The position numbers and the translations under genes are program-made. From IMG/VR virus record IMGVR_UViG_3300007255_000004, positions 1 through 33,672 of that record: a stretch of DNA of 33,672 nucleotides, one strand, 5' to 3'. This document shows, piece by piece, positions 25,588 to 33,196 of the stretch. The first letter of the stretch is position 1. Each line of letters starts with the position of its first letter. The DNA is from a virus. Its lineage: Duplodnaviria; Caudoviricetes. Under the pieces are notes generated by a model, which was not told the origin of the DNA, made no database searches, and saw only the letters and a list, made by a program, of their open reading frames with translations.

Positions 25588-27053
25588 TCGAATTCACCAT
25601 ACAATGCTTCGACTTCCCGTTTCTCTTGTCGCCGTTGTTCATATTGCTGAGTCGCAACCTCAACCATTTCGTCTTCGCTGCGCTTCAGCCAATCCGGTGT
25701 TCCTATCTCCGGAAGACGTGGCGTAGGCGGCGAATGCAACCAATGTAAAGCCTTGCGATACGCATAGAGGGCCGCGTCACAAATGTCAGAGTGGAAGCGG
25801 TCGGATATCTTAGGTCGTTCGGGTTTACTGTGGTCCCATTCGACCAAGCGCGAATCGTGCGCAAAGGTACCGGTGGGCCGGGCATAAAATCGGCCGGTTC
25901 GAAGCGAGTCATTGAGAAGTTCAATATGTTCCAGCTTTCGGACCTTGTCGGCTGCTTCGAGGAAGATTCCGGTACGCTTTGAGATTTCTTCTGCAATTTT
26001 CTTCCCCAATCCGCCGGTGTCGACAACGATGCTTAGAGGCTTGTACTTGTCTCTAAGGACGCGTAGGCGTTCGCCTAATTCAGTGACGGTTTGCTTTCTT
26101 CCGGTCCACTCTTCGACCAAATAAACCGAGGGAGCATCTTCTGACCAACCCAAGACAGCGATAGCATCCGCGTCGTCCCAGCCCAAATCCACACCAAAGA
26201 TATATTCATATGGCCGCTTTGTTGGAGGAACATCAGTGAAAGCATTCTTCTGAGCGTCGTAACGGAACACAAGACTATTCGGGTCATAGACCCACTTGGC
26301 GAACCATTCGCGTTGAATGACCGGGTCCGCGTCTGTGACGCCTCTACGTCTAAGTTCATTGTTGAGATGCTCTCTCGGCGTCTTATGAGACTTTATTTCA
26401 ATCCAGGGGTTTGAAAAAACAGTCCACTCATGATGGGACCATTCGGTGGAGGTCACGCAGGAATGAAAGTAGCCATTCGGGACCGGGCTTGGAGTACCTA
26501 CGAGAGCAAGACATCCGTCGAAGTCCATGAGTCCGGGTACAAGCACGGCATCCACGAGTTCTTCAAGGTAGGCGGGGACAGTCTGTGCTTCATCGACGAT
26601 GACGATTCCAAGAGGTAATCCACGGTATTTATCTATTTCGGTCTTATCCGATAATCCTGCTAAATAGATGTTAGAACCGTTTGGTAGACGTATAGCCAGT
26701 TCTGATTCGTTTACAACTCCCCCGATTTTGTAGTCTCGATGCATTTCTCTAAGAGTGCGCCATACAATGCGCTTCGCGTTGATTCGACTGAGTGTAAGGT
26801 AGAGGGAGACCGACCCGGGACGTCGTAAGGCACTATCCAAGAGGGATGCGGAGCAACCCACTGTTTTGCCAGCTCTCCGGCTACAAACCGCTGTTTTATG
26901 ACGTGCACTATCGAGCGCGAATTGGGCTTGTTGGTCAAAGAGCAGCTTTCCCAGGTTCATCTGGATTGGAGGCGCTGACCGAGCAGCAGCTTCTACTACT
27001 AATTGATTGACTTGTTTTTCTAAAGAGGTTAACGACCTCGCATCGACTCTCAT
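25584..27053 (-). CDS. terL: terminase large subunit
   Basis: Walker A SRRAGKT, Walker B IVIVDEAQ, coupling motif GTP, nuclease FGVDLGWDD and HSDICDAALY. Confidence 0.95.
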   Translation of the reverse strand: MRVDARSLTSLEKQVNQLVVEAAARSAPPIQMNLGKLLFDQQAQFALDSARHKTAVCSRRAGKTVGCSASLLDSALRRPGSVSLYLTLSRINAKRIVWRTLREMHRDYKIGGVVNESELAIRLPNGSNIYLAGLSDKTEIDKYRGLPLGIVIVDEAQTVPAYLEELVDAVLVPGLMDFDGCLALVGTPSPVPNGYFHSCVTSTEWSHHEWTVFSNPWIEIKSHKTPREHLNNELRRRGVTDADPVIQREWFAKWVYDPNSLVFRYDAQKNAFTDVPPTKRPYEYIFGVDLGWDDADAIAVLGWSEDAPSVYLVEEWTGRKQTVTELGERLRVLRDKYKPLSIVVDTGGLGKKIAEEISKRTGIFLEAADKVRKLEHIELLNDSLRTGRFYARPTGTFAHDSRLVEWDHSKPERPKISDRFHSDICDAALYAYRKALHWLHSPPTPRLPEIGTPDWLKRSEDEMVEVATQQYEQRRQEKREVEALYGEFE

Positions 27054-27295
27054 GCAATTTTAAGCTTTTCTCCTGCATCAAGCTGTTTCTGCATCTTGTC
27101 CAAACGTTCTGTTGTCGTTACATCGTTGATTAATTGTCCAAGGGTTTTCGCTAGTTGATTCAGAATCACAGCTTTCTTTTCTAAGGCTATGGTACTGTTC
27201 TCGACATCTCGAATCGTCTTAGCGACTAATGTTCGAACGTGGCGAATGTGGCTTAGTTTCCGCCCCTTCGGTTTGAATGGTAGTGTCTCGCCCAT
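27050..27295 (-). CDS. putative terminase small subunit (probable start ATG 27295)
   Basis: 81-aa basic helical protein with ATGA coupling to terL. Assignment is by position only. Confidence 0.4.
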   Translation of the reverse strand: MGETLPFKPKGRKLSHIRHVRTLVAKTIRDVENSTIALEKKAVILNQLAKTLGQLINDVTTTERLDKMQKQLDAGEKLKIA

Positions 27296-27548
27296 GGCTT
27301 TGCCCCTTCCCTTGTGTGAAAAGGATGTTTGCCCAAGGAACGAACATCTCATGTCGTGTCTTGGTGTTGTTGTTTGGGTTAGTCATGACGTATTCAATCG
27401 TGACGCCACAGTCACTAGTCTCAAAGACAGCCTGGTTCTTGCCACGAATTAATGTCTGAACAACCTCACCGCCAAACTGTACAGCGTGCTTCAACCTGAC
27501 GCTGTCAACTTCCATTGGGGTGTCGCGCCTGACGCTGTCAACTTCCAT
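27219..27548 (-). CDS. hypothetical protein (start at 27548 or 27515; MEVDSVR duplicated)
   Basis: ORF overlapping the GNAT stop. FVPWANI motif. 21-bp direct repeat at 27495-27515 and 27528-27548. Confidence 0.5.
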   Translation of the reverse strand: MEVDSVRRDTPMEVDSVRLKHAVQFGGEVVQTLIRGKNQAVFETSDCGVTIEYVMTNPNNNTKTRHEMFVPWANILFTQGKGQSHGRDTTIQTEGAETKPHSPRSNISR

Positions 27549-27948
27549 GCAGCGCTCCATATGGATTGTAGACAACGTTTGGGAACTTCTTCATCAACCC
27601 AGCACAGTCATCGGTCCAATGCGTGAACTCTTTCCACGGCAGGGCCGTCAATAACGCCTTACCAATGCCCATACGTCGGAACGACTGCTTGACATAGCAA
27701 TACTGTATGACAGACGCGTTGGTGTGGACGAGATAGCCTACGATTAAATCATCGCCCAATGGTGAAGCTATCAGTGTCTCGCCTTGCTTCAGAGCATGGT
27801 CAATGACCTTACGCTGACCAGCGTAATAGACGTCCGGTCTAACCCGACGGCCTAAACTGCTAGAATGTTTATAGTTCTCTAACCACGTCGCCCATATAAG
27901 GTTGTGGTCATCTGGGATGGCTGGACGGATATGGACTTCTACAGCCAT
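27538..27948 (-). CDS. GNAT-family acetyltransferase
   Basis: IRPAIPDD start; YCYVKQSFRRMGIGKALL acetyl-CoA binding motif A. Confidence 0.85.
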   Translation of the reverse strand: MAVEVHIRPAIPDDHNLIWATWLENYKHSSSLGRRVRPDVYYAGQRKVIDHALKQGETLIASPLGDDLIVGYLVHTNASVIQYCYVKQSFRRMGIGKALLTALPWKEFTHWTDDCAGLMKKFPNVVYNPYGALHGS

Positions 27949-28073
27949 TGGCTCTGCTTGCAGTTCATCGGCACAAGGATATGACGCACGCGCTCATACT
28001 TTAGTCGCGACCATTCCCAGCCGGCGATAAAGCCAAACAACCAGAATAACCCTACGGCGAGGTAGATTCGCAT
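27939..28073 (-). CDS. 44-aa single-pass membrane protein
   Basis: MRIYLAVGLFWLFGFIAGWEW hydrophobic segment; overlaps both neighbours. Confidence 0.45.
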   Translation of the reverse strand: MRIYLAVGLFWLFGFIAGWEWSRLKYERVRHILVPMNCKQSQWL

Positions 28074-28240
28074 TGGTCTGCGACAGGCGGCTCTTTCTTC
28101 TGGGCCGCCTGCTGATTCAACCGCTTCATCTGGCCATATGCCTTCTGTATCTCGGCCTGGAAGACATGGATACGATAGGACGCCTCGCCGACTTGGGCGC
28201 ACAGCTGCATGTATTCCTGTTGAATAGCTTCAAGGGTCAT
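28052..28240 (-). CDS. small coiled-coil protein, first gene of the late operon
   Basis: 62 aa, IQQEYMQLCAQVGE helical pattern. Confidence 0.6.
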   Translation of the reverse strand: MTLEAIQQEYMQLCAQVGEASYRIHVFQAEIQKAYGQMKRLNQQAAQKKEPPVADQCESTSP

Positions 28241-28305
28241 AGGCGGGCTTCAAGGGTCATAGGCGGGCTTCAAGGGTCATAGGCGGGCTTCAAAGGTCAT
28301 AGGCG
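28227..28305. repeat. 4 x 20-bp tandem repeat containing the start codon of 28052..28240
   Basis: GCTTCAAGGGTCATAGGCGG x3 plus a fourth copy with one mismatch. Confidence 0.95.
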
Positions 28306-28431
28306 TCCGTATTCCGCTGGTCTTACATTATATGTAGTGTAGGGCTTGCCTCACGTAGATAGCCATTGGCGCCGACGGGAAAGAAGCTTTTGCTTCTCGG
28401 CCTTTCTTGGCCCGGAACCGCCCGCGCTTAT

Positions 28432-28460
28432 AGTATAAGCAGGACTGATTAGATTGTCAA
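28432..28460 (-). promoter_or_regulatory. sigma70-type promoter facing the structural operon; -10 box lies within the palindrome GCTTATA-G-TATAAGC (28426-28440)
   Basis: TTGACA-N17-TATACT on the - strand. Confidence 0.8.
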
Positions 28461-28569
28461 GTATTATGCAACCGGAGCAACAGTAGGCCGCCGGGTCCCA
28501 CTTAGTTCTTGCAAAGGACCATTGTGTAGGGAACATCCTACATGCATAGGCCGCTACGCTGCGTATTAC

Positions 28570-28584
28570 GCAAGAATCGTGCCT
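28570..28584 (-). promoter_or_regulatory. sigma54 (-24/-12) promoter
   Basis: AGGCACGATTCTTGC with exact GG-N10-GC spacing; close to consensus TGGCACG-N4-TTGC. Confidence 0.65.
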
Positions 28585-28625
28585 GGTTTTGGGGTGTCGC
28601 GGGAAACGCCGATTCCATTACCTAA

Positions 28626-28638
28626 AATCAACCACTTA
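28626..28638 (+). promoter_or_regulatory. IHF binding site
   Basis: AATCAACCACTTA matches WATCAANNNNTTR exactly, about 45-55 bp upstream of the sigma54 -24 element. Confidence 0.55.
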
Positions 28639-28720
28639 GCCAAATAGGCCTTAAAACCGCCAAGGATTCAATATGAGCCTTGATGGCCCCTTGAAGCCAC
28701 TCCACCATTTCCCCACCCCT

Positions 28721-28782
28721 TTTAACGCGTCCTGAACCTACCATGGCCAGATTTAACGCGTCCTGAACCTACCATGGCCAGA
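28721..28782. repeat. 2 x 31-bp perfect tandem duplication
   Basis: TTTAACGCGTCCTGAACCTACCATGGCCAGA x2. Confidence 0.95.
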
Positions 28783-28828
28783 ATTGGCGTCATAATCGCC
28801 GCCAACGCCGCCCCAATCACCATCCCTA

Positions 28829-29326
28829 TCACTGAAAACGCCATTCTGGCCTCGTATGGTTCTGGTCCACAATACCTAAAGCACATTTCTGGAGCCAATG
28901 AATAGTCTCATGTTTGAACGTAGACCCGCGAGGGCCGTCTCCGCCATACGCATTATAAGGCATAGCACCGATATGGATATCCTCATTTACTGCCCAGCCG
29001 AAGCAATCATGACCAACGCCATTGCAATTCCGTATAGGCCAATCCTCAATCGTATACAATGCCTCGAATAAACAATACGTTGCTTGGCCGAGGTGTGGGT
29101 CCACAAAGCCTAAATCAACGCCGGTCGGATGGACCAGGTCATACATCAAAGCACTCTGCAGTTCTGACAATTGTATAACATTTGTCCAATCGCTGTGCCC
29201 CGTCCAATCGCTGTGCCCATTCAGATACACATAACTGCCTGCATCTGTCACAAAACTCGGCGTCAGACGAGGCATTCTCCCGCCACACGCCAATGCCGGT
29301 AAAATAAGAAGCCAGAACCATTTCAT
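28829..29326 (-). CDS. lipoprotein with HExxH motif (putative membrane-anchored metallopeptidase)
   Basis: GGAGG RBS. MKWFWLLILPALA-C lipobox. FKHETIHW. 18-bp duplication (GHSDWT x2) at 29184-29218. Confidence 0.65.
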   Translation of the reverse strand: MKWFWLLILPALACGGRMPRLTPSFVTDAGSYVYLNGHSDWTGHSDWTNVIQLSELQSALMYDLVHPTGVDLGFVDPHLGQATYCLFEALYTIEDWPIRNCNGVGHDCFGWAVNEDIHIGAMPYNAYGGDGPRGSTFKHETIHWLQKCALGIVDQNHTRPEWRFQ

Positions 29327-29526
29327 AACCGCCTCCAAAATGGATAAACGTGCGCTCCTTTATCCGGCTCCCATTTAGGGCCGATTTGGCCTTCTCGGAC
29401 GCGAGGACCAAAGTACATACTCATCGCATGGATAGCATCCGCCTGCGAACAAGCCGCTAATTCCATGATTTCCTTAATGGTCCAATTACCATTAGGGATT
29501 TTATCAATGATTTCTTGAGGGTTCAT
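29323..29526 (-). CDS. small hypothetical protein, possible HTH
   Basis: 67 aa from ATG 29526. WTIKEIMELAACSQADA resembles an HTH. ATGA-coupled to the next gene. Confidence 0.5.
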   Translation of the reverse strand: MNPQEIIDKIPNGNWTIKEIMELAACSQADAIHAMSMYFGPRVREGQIGPKWEPDKGAHVYPFWRRL

Positions 29527-29606
29527 CTTTCTTTCGAACGATTCCGTAGAGGTTGGTCTTATCCCATTCCTGAATGATATCGCGGCTATACTGTGCGTCT
29601 TTGAGC

Positions 29607-29789
29607 TCAACAAAGTGTCGAATCACGGGGCAGAAGGTTAAAGTTTCTAAGTTCAGTTTCCAAAGAGCCCACATGTAATCTCCCTGTCTGTTCATATTGT
29701 TGAATGATGAACTCTCCGACTTCATCGCCATATTCATACTGCAATCGCGTACGTAATGCAAGCAGCTTAATTGACCGAAATTTGCGCAT
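29607..29789 (-). CDS. hypothetical protein
   Basis: AGGAG RBS before ATG 29789. An overlapping alternative ORF ending at 29504 cannot be excluded. Confidence 0.35.
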   Translation of the reverse strand: MRKFRSIKLLALRTRLQYEYGDEVGEFIIQQYEQTGRLHVGSLETELRNFNLLPRDSTLC

Positions 29790-29796
29790 GGCGTTT

Positions 29797-29878
29797 CTCC
29801 TCATATCGTTTCCAAGCCTCTTCTTGTTCTGGTGTCCTCCTCATATCGTTTCCAAGCCTCTTCTTGTTCTGGTGTCCT
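29797..29878. repeat. 2 x 40-bp perfect tandem duplication (frameshifting)
   Basis: CTCCTCATATCGTTTCCAAGCCTCTTCTTGTTCTGGTGTC x2. Confidence 0.95.
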
Positions 29879-30001
29879 GCTACCCGCATTGAAAATACCA
29901 ACCGAAATTGGCCAAGCAGCCAGACCGAGTAAGAAACCAATCCCTGGGTGAACAAAAAACATCAGAATCGCGAAACTCCACATCGCAATGATTCTAAGCA
30001 T
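29801..30001 (-). CDS. small membrane protein; C-terminus shifted by the 40-bp duplication
   Basis: AAGGAG RBS. Two hydrophobic segments. Without the duplication it would end EEKRHAQISVN at 29767. Confidence 0.6.
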   Translation of the reverse strand: MLRIIAMWSFAILMFFVHPGIGFLLGLAAWPISVGIFNAGSRTPEQEEAWKRYEEDTRTRRGLETI

Positions 30002-30029
30002 TTGCTGCTCCTTTCAAATCCATAGCTAT

Positions 30030-30045
30030 TGCAATCTGAGTACCA
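30030..30045 (-). promoter_or_regulatory. second sigma54-type promoter
   Basis: TGGTACTCAGATTGCA, GG-N10-GC spacing, placed so the transcript starts just before the RBS of 29801..30001. Confidence 0.55.
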
Positions 30046-30234
30046 TTGTATAAACACTGATTATTCCTTACTGAATGGTTCTATATACGTAGTATTAGTC
30101 GACTCATCTGACGTCTTTTGCGACCCCGTTGTATCATATCTCAAAACTCAGCTTTCTCTTTAAAGGGACCATAAGTATAGAGGGGAGTGTATCAAAACCC
30201 TACCTATTTTTAAATGAGTTTTGTTACAACCCCG

Positions 30235-31719
30235 TTAATCCTGATTTCTCTGCCATTGCCGCCATTGAGTCATCCTAGACCCCTCTCCGTCAGGAAGACG
30301 AGGACGCCCCGTTCTGTTTCGATGGCGACCTTCCCGGATATGTTCCTCAAGCATATCTCGAGTCCAATTAGACGGCATCGAGCTAAACCGTACCAAAGGT
30401 GCGCCATCTTTATCAACCAAGCTGAATGCTTGTTCAATAGGTGCTCTTTTACCTATGCTGTGTTTAAGACTGAAGAGAATCTTGATATCGCGGTCGTCGG
30501 GGTCAGCCACAATGGCTCTAATACATCTAACTACATTGCTCTGCTCTTGAGAGCCACCAGCACGATAGATGAACTCTTGGTCGGTCTTCTTGTTCCAATG
30601 TCGAATGATTAGGAAAGCGCAACCAGTCTTATGTGCTAAGTTCTTGAGACTATTGACTACTTCCCGAGCATGTTGATTTGTATTGATATCCCGACCGAGT
30701 TCGATATGGTCCATGAGGGGGTCAATAACTATCAGCTTGAAACCATATTCAGTAATACGTTCTTCTAATAGTCTAATATCTTTAGGAAACTTTAATGATT
30801 CTGATTCAAGAGCTATGCGGTCGGCGGCATTGACAGCATCAGCCTTTGGTTTCCAGACACTGGCGGCATCTTCTTCCTCGGATACAAAAAGGGTACGACC
30901 AGGATGAGCCGCCGCCCAGTAGAAAGCTAATGTACTTTTTCCGGTTTCCATATCGCCGTCTAAATAGGTAAGTTCTCCGGCTGGGACCCAATCGTCGATT
31001 AGCCATTTGACCTCCTCGCGCTTGATAGTCTGGGCAAAGCGAGGCCTGGAAGTTGGCATTCGTAACGTTAGTGTATTTGTACGATGCTTCTCAGCTTGGG
31101 ATACTTTTTGAAATACTGTAGCTGCTGGTAGAGGTGGTCGATAGGTTTCATTTTGCGCAATAGCGTGTTGTGAAACCTCAGCGGTGGACCATCCCTTGCT
31201 AACAGCCCAACAGCAATACCGATAGAGTGCATTATCTCTTCCACCTTCTTCGACCCCTGGCCCGAACTGACCTTGGATGACATTTGTTGACCTTAGACTT
31301 TCTGGCCATGGCGCTAGTGGTCTATCTGGTCCAGCAACATATCCCGGACTAGGAGGGGCGATAATATACCCGCCCTTAGCGCGGACATCAATCCCCGGCT
31401 GAATTCCAACCATAGAACTTTGTCCAGTTGTTTGGAAATAGTAATGTCGACCGCGAGGAGTTTCCACTTGATAGGTGTTGAAGGAAGGCGCATCAATTCG
31501 GTCGACGTCAAGAACGTCCAACCCTGATACTTCGCCTGTAGAAATTGCCACGTTAGCATTTGGCCACTTAGTCCACCACATTACAATGGTTCTAGAATCA
31601 ATGCAAGCATCCTTGAAACCATGTGGAGTTAAAGGGGTTTTACCGCCTGGGACACAAGGAAAGATGTACCAACCGCGCGCAGCATATGTGAGCGCAGCTT
31701 CTAAGAGTTTGTTGGACAA
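30235..31719 (-). CDS. bifunctional primase-polymerase (Prim-Pol) + PriCT + AAA_25/RecA-like helicase (probable start TTG 31719)
   Basis: GWYIFPC..GGKTP, NVAISTG, LDVLDVD, TPRGRHYYF, IDVRAKGGYIIAPPS; EGGRDNAL; Walker A GDMETGKST, Walker B LIVIDP. GGAGG 5 nt before TTG. Confidence 0.92.
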   Translation of the reverse strand: MSNKLLEAALTYAARGWYIFPCVPGGKTPLTPHGFKDACIDSRTIVMWWTKWPNANVAISTGEVSGLDVLDVDRIDAPSFNTYQVETPRGRHYYFQTTGQSSMVGIQPGIDVRAKGGYIIAPPSPGYVAGPDRPLAPWPESLRSTNVIQGQFGPGVEEGGRDNALYRYCCWAVSKGWSTAEVSQHAIAQNETYRPPLPAATVFQKVSQAEKHRTNTLTLRMPTSRPRFAQTIKREEVKWLIDDWVPAGELTYLDGDMETGKSTLAFYWAAAHPGRTLFVSEEEDAASVWKPKADAVNAADRIALESESLKFPKDIRLLEERITEYGFKLIVIDPLMDHIELGRDINTNQHAREVVNSLKNLAHKTGCAFLIIRHWNKKTDQEFIYRAGGSQEQSNVVRCIRAIVADPDDRDIKILFSLKHSIGKRAPIEQAFSLVDKDGAPLVRFSSMPSNWTRDMLEEHIREGRHRNRTGRPRLPDGEGSRMTQWRQWQRNQD

Positions 31720-31732
31720 CCGCGCCTCCAGG

Positions 31733-31761
31733 TTGACAAGATAACCCATAGTCGTTATAGT
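31733..31761 (+). promoter_or_regulatory. sigma70-type promoter, probably giving a leaderless mRNA
   Basis: TTGACA-N17-TATAGT, 6 nt before ATG 31768, with no Shine-Dalgarno. Confidence 0.75.
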
Positions 31762-31767
31762 TGCCAC

Positions 31768-32256
31768 ATGAAAGCTGGGTTGATGGAACTCGGTGTGGCA
31801 TTGCTCGCATGTGTTGTGGCCTATGGCTTTGGTCGCTATGCGCAGCCGGCCAAGATTGTAATAAAGACTGAAACAGTCATGGTTGAGAAGGAAATCATTA
31901 AATGGCGAACCAAAATCGTTCGTGACCAACATGAATACAAAACCGTCGTTGAACATAAATTTCCAGACGGCACTTTAGTGCGAAAGAGCACCGATGAAAA
32001 AGACTCTACGACAAAGATAGACCAAACAGAAAACAAGACAGACAACAAGCGAGATAGTTCAACCTCATCGAAAGTTACTGAATGGCGGCGCAGCAATTGG
32101 CGTATTGGAGCATTGCTTGGCGCAGATATACGACGCTTGGGAAGCGGGTTTGATTACGGAGGAAGAGTGGAACGTCGCTTACTTGGGCCTATATGGTTCG
32201 GCGCGGAAGGCAATTCTACGGGCCGGGTTGGGGCTTCAGTCTCGGTTGAGTTCTAG
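31768..32256 (+). CDS. membrane-anchored protein with C-terminal amphipathic beta strands ending in Phe (spanin-like candidate)
   Basis: N-terminal TM LGVALLACVVAYGFGRY, K/T/E-rich linker, WRIGALLG..FDYGGRVERR..PIWFGAEG...VGASVSVEF. Confidence 0.65.
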   Translation: MKAGLMELGVALLACVVAYGFGRYAQPAKIVIKTETVMVEKEIIKWRTKIVRDQHEYKTVVEHKFPDGTLVRKSTDEKDSTTKIDQTENKTDNKRDSSTSSKVTEWRRSNWRIGALLGADIRRLGSGFDYGGRVERRLLGPIWFGAEGNSTGRVGASVSVEF

Positions 32257-32259
32257 TCG

Positions 32260-32763
32260 ATGAGCATTCACCAATTTGAGGAATCTCTTGCCCGTGCGAG
32301 ACCAGCAGAAAAACGGTTAGACCAATACCTTGTCGACCTTGGTTATTCTGATATCACCTCTGTTTCAATGGACGATGAACGACGTGGAATTGACCGCATT
32401 GCAGTTAAGGCCGGAGACCGAATAACGTTTGAGTACAAAGCAGACTTTAGAGCAGCGAAGACTGGTAACGCTTACATAGAAACGGTAAGCAACAATGTTA
32501 GTAATAAACCTGGATGGCTTTTCACTTGTCAAGCTGATTGGATTCTGTATTATATCGTGGCTCCTGAGCCTTATGTCATGTGGCTGAAACCAAAAGTACT
32601 CCAACAAGCGTTGGATGGTTGGCGTGAGTTGTATAAGACGAGCTCCGCTATCAATCCTGGTTATGCTTCATATGGAGTTCTAGTACCGTTGGATGTTGTG
32701 AAGCAGATTGCCGACCGAGTGGAATTCCTAGGACAAAGCCCGCGGAAACAGAGTTTCCTATGA
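32260..32763 (+). CDS. PD-(D/E)xK-fold nuclease-like protein
   Basis: GIDRI...FEYKAD..A.KTGNAYIE..SN...PGWLFTCQADW. Confidence 0.75.
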   Translation: MSIHQFEESLARARPAEKRLDQYLVDLGYSDITSVSMDDERRGIDRIAVKAGDRITFEYKADFRAAKTGNAYIETVSNNVSNKPGWLFTCQADWILYYIVAPEPYVMWLKPKVLQQALDGWRELYKTSSAINPGYASYGVLVPLDVVKQIADRVEFLGQSPRKQSFL

Positions 32764-33116
32764 ATATCTACGTCGCTGGTAAATGGGAAGAGACCGAAGC
32801 GGTTCGAGCGGTACAGGAATTAGTGCGCCAAGCTGGCCATATCGTTTCTTATGATTGGACGCGGTACTTGAAAGACTTGCCGCTCCGTCTTCAAGCTATC
32901 GCAGACTTGGAAGGCGTTCTACAAGCTGATGCTGTTATCTTCTTGAACCACCCACGATGCGCTGGTGCTTTTACCGAAATTGGAATTGCTATTGGTCAGC
33001 AGATTCCGGTTGTGGTAGTGAAGCCAGAACTTAAAGACAATATCTTCTTTAACCTTGACCGTGTGTATTCTTGTCAGACGGCGTCTGAGGCTGTTCAGTT
33101 GTTAGGGCACTTATGA
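32760..33116 (+). CDS. nucleoside 2'-deoxyribosyltransferase-like / nucleotide N-glycosidase
   Basis: IYVAG, DLEGVLQADAVI, GAFTEIGIA (catalytic Glu), IPVVVV, NIFF. Confidence 0.8.
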   Translation: MNIYVAGKWEETEAVRAVQELVRQAGHIVSYDWTRYLKDLPLRLQAIADLEGVLQADAVIFLNHPRCAGAFTEIGIAIGQQIPVVVVKPELKDNIFFNLDRVYSCQTASEAVQLLGHL

Positions 33117-33196
33117 TTCTGTTTCTAGTTTTTCTGTTAGCATTTACTGTGTCATTCTTTACGACAGTTCTTCTTCTGAGGCTATTGAACAAATGA
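33113..33196 (+). CDS. 27-aa hydrophobic peptide MILFLVFLLAFTVSFFTTVLLLRLLNK
   Basis: ATGA overlaps at both ends; one TM helix; not in the ORF track. Confidence 0.55.
   Translation: MILFLVFLLAFTVSFFTTVLLLRLLNK

Noticed and set aside
3480-27459. Numerous + strand ORFs antisense to the structural operon
   Set aside because: They lie wholly opposite well-supported genes and show no motifs or RBS, so they are treated as shadows.
28327-28332. Extra TATAAT box on the - strand
   Set aside because: No recognisable -35 at 17 bp, and a much better promoter lies about 100 bp upstream.
31720-31956. N-terminal extension of the primase ORF given in the track (start 31956)
   Set aside because: It overlaps the divergent gene and its promoter. 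The Prim-Pol domain begins right after GGAGG-N5-TTG at 31719.
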